Shown here piece after piece: positions 57,794 to 64,000 of a stretch of 64,000 bases of DNA (position 1 is its first letter; every line of letters starts with the position of its first letter). This DNA comes from a virus. The notes beneath the pieces were generated by a model. That model was not told the DNA's origin. It made no database searches and worked only from the letters and a program-made list of their open reading frames with translations. Both the position numbers and the translations under genes were made by a program. The DNA lies in IMG/VR virus record IMGVR_UViG_3300016471_001035, positions 32,001-96,000 of that record, one strand, 5' to 3'.

Positions 57794-58831
57794 GTGTTAA
57801 TACCGACCGAATATATACTGCAAAAATTTTATCAGTACGCTGGCTATCCTCAATATAAAAAGAGTAGCAACACTTATATTGCAGGGTGCCCTATATGCAG
57901 AGAAGGAAAATCGTGGGGTAAAAAAAGAAGATGCATTTTTATTGTTGAAGACAATGCTATATGCTGTCATAATTGTGGTTGGTATAGTGATGCGGTAAAA
58001 TGGATTTGCGAGGTATCGGGGCTAAATTTTTCTGAAGTACTTAATGAATCTAAAAATTTTGATATCTTACCATTAAACGCATATACTGACGAAACTAAAC
58101 AGGAAAAGCCTAAACCAACACATACACTCCCTACCGACTGTATAAATTTATTTGATAATAATCAAATTGAATTTTATAAAGATAATAAGATTGTTAATGA
58201 CGCTCTTTCTATTGTTATTAATAGAAGACTAGATAGAGCAGTTAATAGACCAGATACATTGTATGTTACCTGTAAAGATAAAATTCATAAAAACAGAATT
58301 GTAATACCTTTTTATGACGATAATAATAATAATATTATTTTTTATCAAACAAGGCTTATTTATAAAAACGATGAAAAGCTGTATCCTAAGTATCTAAGCA
58401 AGGTAAATGGAGAGAAATCCCTATACAATATCAATAAAATAGATCCGCAATTAGAATATATTTTTATTTTTGAAGGCCCTATCGATTCTTTTTTCGTAAA
58501 AAACGGTACTGCTGTTGCAGGTATTCAAGAGAATAGTAGCAATACATTTTCAACACTCCAGGAACAACAACTCATACCTTTTAAGTTTTTTAAAAAGATA
58601 TGGGTGTTAGACAGCCAGTGGGCTGATACAGCAAGTAGAAATAAGACGAGTAAGTTAATTGAAAATGAAGAAACTGTTTTTATATGGCCAGAGGATTTAG
58701 GTAAAAAATATAAAGATATAAATGAGTACTGTGTTAGTAATAAATTAGACAGTATTGATCCAGAGTTTTTAATTAATAATTCTTATTCAGGAATTAAAGC
58801 CAAGCTTTTAATGTCTATTATCTGTCGTTAG
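57794..58831 (+). CDS. gp61: DNA primase gp61
   Basis: CPIC..CHNCG zinc finger, RIVIPF, FEGPIDS, KDINE; TTGTAA-N16-TATAAT-N6-GTG. Confidence 0.93.
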   Translation: MLIPTEYILQKFYQYAGYPQYKKSSNTYIAGCPICREGKSWGKKRRCIFIVEDNAICCHNCGWYSDAVKWICEVSGLNFSEVLNESKNFDILPLNAYTDETKQEKPKPTHTLPTDCINLFDNNQIEFYKDNKIVNDALSIVINRRLDRAVNRPDTLYVTCKDKIHKNRIVIPFYDDNNNNIIFYQTRLIYKNDEKLYPKYLSKVNGEKSLYNINKIDPQLEYIFIFEGPIDSFFVKNGTAVAGIQENSSNTFSTLQEQQLIPFKFFKKIWVLDSQWADTASRNKTSKLIENEETVFIWPEDLGKKYKDINEYCVSNKLDSIDPEFLINNSYSGIKAKLLMSIICR

Positions 58832-59225
58832 CAGAAATTAAATAGCCTTTAAGAGATTCGCTCAAAGAACTAAGCTCTGCTGCTAGTCTTGCTATTTTCT
58901 TTTTCTCGCTTCTAGCAATATCTTCAAAAATAGAATCACAAGCTGCTGTGTGAAGCTGTACCTGCATGCTGCTAGCATCTGTACTATTTAAAAACTTAAT
59001 AAACTCATCTATTTGAGTAATCCAGCCTTTAAGCTTGGAAATCTGCTCTGCTTTTTTATGATCTTGTACTTGCTCTCTTCCTCCCTGAACGTCAAAATCT
59101 TCAGGCTTAGCAGTATCAAGCGTAGATGCCATAGCTTCTTTATCGGTTTGAGGAGCTACAGCTGGAGCAGGTTCCGTCTCATCAGCTTCTAATAATGTGG
59201 TAAACTTACTAACAAAAGAACTCAT
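58818..59225 (-). CDS. hypothetical late protein
   Basis: MSSFVSKFTTLLEAD; TAAATA-N5-ATG. Confidence 0.75.
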   Translation of the reverse strand: MSSFVSKFTTLLEADETEPAPAVAPQTDKEAMASTLDTAKPEDFDVQGGREQVQDHKKAEQISKLKGWITQIDEFIKFLNSTDASSMQVQLHTAACDSIFEDIARSEKKKIARLAAELSSLSESLKGYLISANDR

Positions 59226-59255
59226 ATTATTATTTATTATTGAATAAATATTTTT

Positions 59256-59642
59256 GTGAGAAAAAAGTTAGTTTTTGAAGATATTTTAAATTACAATAAA
59301 TGGGTTTCTGGTATTGCTTCAAGAGAGCTTGCCTCACAAAGAGTTAGCTTAAGAGATTTATTTAACAACCCTTATGTCGATCAAAATCCTAATGATGCTA
59401 GAGCAGAGCCAGTTATGCCATATCCATTGCAAAGCGTGGTACCGCAGATAGGGGACCTTTACATTTATGCATGTAATACTAAAGATTTGTTTAAATCATC
59501 ATTATCAAATCCTCTTGTTGCAAAAAATAAAATTGCCAAAGAAACTGTATTAGATATTGTAAGTAAATTAGATGCTGTTATTGACATTATTAAAGGTATA
59601 ATTGAACAAGCCAATAAACCGGTTGCAAAAAAAGTTAAATAA
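59256..59642 (+). CDS. hypothetical late protein
   Basis: TAAATA-N5-GTG, divergent from 59225. Confidence 0.7.
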   Translation: MRKKLVFEDILNYNKWVSGIASRELASQRVSLRDLFNNPYVDQNPNDARAEPVMPYPLQSVVPQIGDLYIYACNTKDLFKSSLSNPLVAKNKIAKETVLDIVSKLDAVIDIIKGIIEQANKPVAKKVK

Positions 59643-59656
59643 GTTATAATATATTG

Positions 59657-60106
59657 ATGGTAAAGAAAGTAATATCACAATTACTACCTCTTTTAGGCGT
59701 TGCAACGCTTACAAGTTTTTTGCTAGCAACCTGGGGCGTTAATTATTTTATTGGTGCCTTAGTTGGCATTTTAATTCAATTTGTTGCCTTTTATTCATTC
59801 AAAAGCATTCTTATAGCAGTTGTTGCTTTGAGAAATAAAAAACTAGATAATGAGAGAATAAAAGAATTATCTTACCAAGGACTAGAGGTGGTCTGCCCTT
59901 GTTTTAAACAAATTAAGGAATTTGTTCCAATAAAGCTAAATATAGCAAACTACTATAAATGCAGTGAATGTAAAAAAACTATTGGAGTCGTAATTACACC
60001 GGAAACTGCAATTGTAACAGAGCCCGCTGATTCAAGCCAAGAAGCAGTAAATAAACTGCTAGCACAAGGCATTCTGAATGTATCTAAACCAAATGCAAAT
60101 ACCTAA
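59657..60106 (+). CDS. two-TM membrane protein with C-terminal zinc ribbon
   Basis: two hydrophobic helices then CPC...CSEC; TTGCAA-N16-TATAAT-N6-ATG. Confidence 0.75.
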   Translation: MVKKVISQLLPLLGVATLTSFLLATWGVNYFIGALVGILIQFVAFYSFKSILIAVVALRNKKLDNERIKELSYQGLEVVCPCFKQIKEFVPIKLNIANYYKCSECKKTIGVVITPETAIVTEPADSSQEAVNKLLAQGILNVSKPNANT

Positions 60107-60566
60107 TAGCATAAACAATCTTACTGCTGATAAAGCAGCTGATGTATTCTTATCAAATACAAAGCTTCCAGAGATACCTTTAGATGAAATAGTTCTTGCA
60201 ATTAAGAGGTCATTACCGGTAAAAGAACTTGAGTCTTTTGAATTAGGGCTAGCTTACTTTAAAAAGGATGTAGAGATAGATAAAGCTATTATTAAAAATA
60301 TTTTATCTTTAATAAACGAGTCTTTAACTAGAGCTGTAAATGATAGTCAAATTGATATTGAAATAAGGCACTTAATTAACTCACAACTCAAGACAGCAAT
60401 GGAAAGTATGTCTTATAATTTTGACTCTTTTTATAATATATTAAATATTTTAAATAAACAAAAGAATTTACTTGACGTTAAGAACTTTATCCTGATAATA
60501 ATAGGATATGCCATCAGTCTTCTCAAAAAAATACATAACAATACAAACAAGCAAAACAACTCATAA
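60078..60566 (+). CDS. hypothetical helical protein
   Basis: 162-aa ORF in operon. Confidence 0.65.
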   Translation: MYLNQMQIPNSINNLTADKAADVFLSNTKLPEIPLDEIVLAIKRSLPVKELESFELGLAYFKKDVEIDKAIIKNILSLINESLTRAVNDSQIDIEIRHLINSQLKTAMESMSYNFDSFYNILNILNKQKNLLDVKNFILIIIGYAISLLKKIHNNTNKQNNS

Positions 60567-60816
60567 ATTTAAGGCTGAAGAATATGCCAGGTGGCTTTGT
60601 TTAATAGAAGCTTTAGATATTGTTACTCGCGGTGCAGATAGATTTAAAGTCGATCTAAATAACAAAGATATTGATTGGATTAAGCCTCTGTCTTTTCAAA
60701 AATATGTGGCCGAGCGCTTTGAATCAATGATTGATGAGGTGTCGATGAACGAAGGTGTAAAGATAAATATTAAAAAATTACCATGCATTACATCGTCGGA
60801 ACCAGTTTTAGAGTAA
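60508..60816 (+). CDS. hypothetical protein
   Basis: 102-aa ORF in operon. Confidence 0.65.
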   Translation: MPSVFSKKYITIQTSKTTHKFKAEEYARWLCLIEALDIVTRGADRFKVDLNNKDIDWIKPLSFQKYVAERFESMIDEVSMNEGVKINIKKLPCITSSEPVLE

Positions 60817-61058
60817 CACCTAATCCCAAAGCTTTAATTAGGGACAAAAGATTCGAACCACAGCAAATCTATACTTTAATTCATATAGTTAAAAGAGATA
60901 ATAAAGTCACATATACTTTTTTAGGTAATGGAAAAAAAATATTAGTAGACTTTAATAGTTGTAGAGAAGGCGATCAGTTTATTTCAAAATTTAGAAATGA
61001 AAATTTACCTAATTACGAGGCCCAATTATCCCCTGTAACAGATAATATAGCAGATTAA
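60783..61058 (+). CDS. hypothetical protein
   Basis: 91-aa ORF in operon. Confidence 0.65.
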   Translation: MHYIVGTSFRVTPNPKALIRDKRFEPQQIYTLIHIVKRDNKVTYTFLGNGKKILVDFNSCREGDQFISKFRNENLPNYEAQLSPVTDNIAD

Positions 61059-61059
61059 G

Positions 61060-61791
61060 TTACCATTCTAAAATAACACACCCACCTACACCGCTACCGC
61101 TGTTTGCAGATCCGCCAAAACCAAAATTAGAAAATATTTTTCCAGGTAAATTATTTGTACCGTTTAAGATTATTATTCCACCTGATCCGCTACCACCACC
61201 ACCCTGTCCCCCACTGCCTCCAGCAGAATTGTTACCACAATTTTTAAATGCTCCTCCACCGCCATTTCCGCCTGTAGCTACTATGCTGCCTACTGATGTA
61301 GATCCTCCTACTTGACCAGCACCTGCAGTAACGCCACAACCCGTGCTTCCACCACCGCCACCGCCATTTCCAATAGAAATTGATAGCTGTTGCCCAGGTG
61401 TTACATCTAAAATACCTAAACAGCATCCACCCCCACCACCAGCTCCGCCTCCATATGCTCCATAGCTAGAGGATGCACCTCCCCCTGCACCGCCCCCACC
61501 ACCTATACATGTAACTTTTAATTTTGTTATATTAGAAGGTACAGTAAATGTACTGGATGAGGTAAATAGCTGTAAGCCGCTAAACGTAGAAAAAGATGGT
61601 TTATTTAACAAATCGGTGTAACTACCAGTTGTCGCAACAGTAGCTAATGTAGGCTTGTTGGCTATATTAGTATAATCTACTTGTAAAGCTGATAATTGTG
61701 CTTTACCGGTTGTACTTCCATTTGATATAGGGACAACCAGAGAGCCTTGAGGAGTTATATCATTTAATTGAGATATAGTTATATCAGCCAT
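61060..61791 (-). CDS. glycine-rich tail fibre-like protein
   Basis: MADITISQL, LATVATTGSYTDL.NKP, FTVPSNITKLKVTCIGGGGG, GGCVILEW. Confidence 0.8.
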   Translation of the reverse strand: MADITISQLNDITPQGSLVVPISNGSTTGKAQLSALQVDYTNIANKPTLATVATTGSYTDLLNKPSFSTFSGLQLFTSSSTFTVPSNITKLKVTCIGGGGGAGGGASSSYGAYGGGAGGGGGCCLGILDVTPGQQLSISIGNGGGGGGSTGCGVTAGAGQVGGSTSVGSIVATGGNGGGGAFKNCGNNSAGGSGGQGGGGSGSGGIIILNGTNNLPGKIFSNFGFGGSANSGSGVGGCVILEW

Positions 61792-62519
61792 TATTGATAA
61801 CCTCCATATACATCTGAATAATCTGTTTTGCTATAGTCAAAAACATTTTTTGATGCTACATTGACATCGTAGCTATAAGGCTTTTGTGCTCCTGAAGCTG
61901 TAGGCGACGTGGTGTCATCAAATACTTGATCATTTTGCGCTTCTGGCGTTACTCCAGGTTCAAACGAGTATTCGAATCTCTTAGCTTTTATCAACCAAAC
62001 ATAATGACCTGCAAGAGGATTAATTTGTGCTATATCTTGATCTAATCTTTGGGTAATTTCATATATATTACCGTTTCTACCCCCCGGCCTATCATTACCA
62101 TATTCGGTTAATTGAAAAAGATCGCCAGCTTTAGGTTCTGCACCCTGCCCAAAAGTAGCATAAAACGCGCTTATATGAACAAATGCAGTGACTTCGTCAT
62201 CTGATACTAAGCCAAACTTACTTAAAAGCAATGCATTTTCATTTAAATTAATAGCTATAATTAAATCTTGAGGAGGAGAGTATTGTTGTGTTGGCTGCTC
62301 TCCGTAAAGCATGTCTGCACTTAATGTACTAGTATTATTAACTATATAACCAACTTTCTGTCCATAAAGATTAATTTGTTCTCTCCAGTAATTAGATATA
62401 ATGTTTCTTTCGTCTGTATTTTTACTTTTATCTGTAAATCTAAAACAAGTATTATCTACAAAAAAGAAAGGGTATGTCTTAGACTGTTCTAGATTACCTG
62501 TATAATATTCTGTAGACAT
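61791..62519 (-). CDS. gp14: neck protein gp14-like
   Basis: EQINLYGQ, DMLYGE, LLSKFGL, PKAGDL, YEIT, FEYS. Confidence 0.8.
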   Translation of the reverse strand: MSTEYYTGNLEQSKTYPFFFVDNTCFRFTDKSKNTDERNIISNYWREQINLYGQKVGYIVNNTSTLSADMLYGEQPTQQYSPPQDLIIAINLNENALLLSKFGLVSDDEVTAFVHISAFYATFGQGAEPKAGDLFQLTEYGNDRPGGRNGNIYEITQRLDQDIAQINPLAGHYVWLIKAKRFEYSFEPGVTPEAQNDQVFDDTTSPTASGAQKPYSYDVNVASKNVFDYSKTDYSDVYGGYQ

Positions 62520-62525
62520 ATTAAG

Positions 62526-63377
62526 TTAAGAGATTTTGCTTACCCCTAATCCAGTTAGCTTTATCCAATAGTAGCCTTGGCCATTATAAGACCCTGCAGA
62601 TTTGCTTATAACTAAATCTGTATTATCCCAGGTAACCGACCAATTGCCTGCTGTACCATTATTAGAATTGTAATATGTAGTAATATCTTTTATAGACCAT
62701 GGAGCTCCCCCTAGGGCAAAAGCCGCAAAATAAGTACAACCATAAGTATTAACATAACCATAGTGCGAGAATGTTGCTTCAATTTTAAAAGGCCCTCCTA
62801 TTTCAGGTCTTGCTTTATGGGTAATTACTGAATTTCCTGCAGAATACCCTGCCCATGCGAGATCAGAAACACCATCTAGAGAAAAAGATTTTTGTGCAGA
62901 TACAGTACCATAAACTGATAATTGCCCATCCTGTTGTAACGTCATTCTCCTGTAAACTACCGGTGTTTGAAAATTGCTACCTCCACTAGGCCCTTGAATA
63001 AATTGTAAATTACCTGTCAATCCGGTATTATCAGTTAAATTGTCCGGGCTTACAAATATATGCCAACTTCTATAGTTGTTACTATTACTATTTTCAGGAA
63101 ATGTTAACCCTTCATAAGGCCCGGTTTCATTCCAATATAAATTGTTTAAACCTCTTATATCACCGTTATTGAGTTGTAAACAAATAATACCAGGACTACC
63201 AGCGGGAACAGTATCCCAAGTTAACGTAGAACTTAAAAGACTTATTCTAGAAGAATCGCTATAGAGAATAGAAGATACGGGAATGGATTTAGTTGTACCA
63301 CCGTTAGCTACAGGTAATAAAGCATTACCTCTTGTAACCGTTGCTATTGGTAATCCAGATATTGTAACATCTGCCAT
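62526..63377 (-). CDS. fibre/receptor-binding-like protein
   Basis: MADVTISGLP anchor; RMTLQQDGQL; aromatic beta-rich C-terminus. Confidence 0.7.
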   Translation of the reverse strand: MADVTISGLPIATVTRGNALLPVANGGTTKSIPVSSILYSDSSRISLLSSTLTWDTVPAGSPGIICLQLNNGDIRGLNNLYWNETGPYEGLTFPENSNSNNYRSWHIFVSPDNLTDNTGLTGNLQFIQGPSGGSNFQTPVVYRRMTLQQDGQLSVYGTVSAQKSFSLDGVSDLAWAGYSAGNSVITHKARPEIGGPFKIEATFSHYGYVNTYGCTYFAAFALGGAPWSIKDITTYYNSNNGTAGNWSVTWDNTDLVISKSAGSYNGQGYYWIKLTGLGVSKIS

Positions 63378-63378
63378 A

Positions 63379-63699
63379 TTATTTCTCTAAAACCGCCTTT
63401 CCTATTAATGGATCAAATCTAAGACTTATACCCGTATTACCTAGTTTTTTAGGTGTAGTACTAGAATATTTTAAGTTAAATTGATCTTCAACATCTTTTA
63501 TATCAGAACTATTAATAGCAATCTTACCTGTTTTTTTTCTTAATAAGCTTAATACTCTTTGGTTCTTAAGTATTGTTTGATGTGCTTTGGGAACAAACCT
63601 CGCTTGTGAGGGTAGAGTTTCTCCTAAACCCTCATGTCGCTTTTTAACAAAATCTCCTTTTTTGTTGAATTTACGCCAATGATCTTTAAACGTATTCAC
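63379..63699 (-). CDS. basic hypothetical late protein
   Basis: TAAATA-N5-GTG; MNTFKDHW. Confidence 0.65.
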   Translation of the reverse strand: MNTFKDHWRKFNKKGDFVKKRHEGLGETLPSQARFVPKAHQTILKNQRVLSLLRKKTGKIAINSSDIKDVEDQFNLKYSSTTPKKLGNTGISLRFDPLIGKAVLEK

Positions 63700-63713
63700 T
63701 TAAGTATTTAAGC

Positions 63714-63744
63714 AAAAAAAAGGGCCTAATTTGACTTAGGCCCT
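63714..63744 (-). terminator. intrinsic terminator
   Basis: AGGGCCTAA-TTTGAC-TTAGGCCCT stem with an A run on + (U run on -) downstream of the partial gene. Confidence 0.85.
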
Positions 63745-63770
63745 AATTTTTACTATTTTTGACTAATTTA

Positions 63771-64000
63771 TTATTTTAGTCCTGCTAGATAAGCACCTAC
63801 TTTGCTTGTCTTAGAGGCAACTACATTAGCCTTACCCTTTGGAGATGTTGGGGCACCACCCTTAACACCTGCACCTACTAGGGCATGGCCCTTTTCACCA
63901 TCATTACCAACTTTATCCGTTACCTTGCCATCGCCTTCACCGTGAGAAACAAGGCTCTTTGTTACATCACCAACCTTGTTATCTTTCTTTTGAAGGGACT
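63771..64000 (-). CDS. 3' end of a K/G-rich protein (partial; not in ORF track)
   Basis: ...SLQKKDNKVGDVTKSLVSHGEGDGKVTDKVGNDGEKGHALVGAGVKGGAPTSPKGKANVVASKTSKVGAYLAGLK*, followed by a terminator. Confidence 0.7.
   Translation of the reverse strand, partial: SLQKKDNKVGDVTKSLVSHGEGDGKVTDKVGNDGEKGHALVGAGVKGGAPTSPKGKANVVASKTSKVGAYLAGLK

Noticed and set aside
1-64000. Stop-codon reassignment
   Set aside because: Core genes are full length in code 11, and TAA, TGA and TAG all end genes (TAG at 18157, 35241, 47517, 56414).
1-64000. tRNA, CRISPR array, integrase or att site, long DNA repeats
   Set aside because: Intergenic gaps are nearly all under 100 bp and explained by promoters or terminators; repeats seen are codon-level (Gly/Ala/Pro runs).

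Overview
AT-rich, very densely packed 64 kb segment of a large T4-like myophage genome in the standard genetic code; no tRNA, CRISPR array, intron or intein was seen. It carries the T4-type head and neck module (gp23, gp22, gp21, gp4, gp13, gp20, gp15, gp14), a partial gp5-like baseplate hub, and the replication/recombination core (gp43, gp41, gp61, gp32, gp45, gp62, gp46/47, UvsX/Y/W, gp55). A complete but dispersed 7-deazaguanine pathway is present (folE, queD, queE, queC, queF, a DpdA-type TGT-fold protein, a PurN/DpdN-like formyltransferase) with extra partners: GMP reductase, DUF1599, two P-loop kinases and a class-II glutamine amidotransferase. There are also seven glycosyltransferase-like genes, an RmlD/UER1-like enzyme and a ribosomal protein bS21. 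Main observations from reading the DNA: (1) promoter geometry predicts that most transcripts are leaderless (TTGnnn-N16-TAnnnT-N6-start for early genes, TAAATA-N5-start for late genes). (2) The amidotransferase, largely missed by the ORF track, is the exception, with a strong Shine-Dalgarno site and an ATT start codon. (3) An 84-aa protein carries a 20/23-identical, synonymously diverged copy of the major capsid protein N-arm followed by a poly-lysine tail. (4) About 15 late proteins have N-termini resembling T4 capsid-targeting sequences, including a PD-(D/E)xK nuclease, two nucleotidyltransferase-like enzymes and a retropepsin-like protease. All family calls come from motif recognition by eye; no database search was run.
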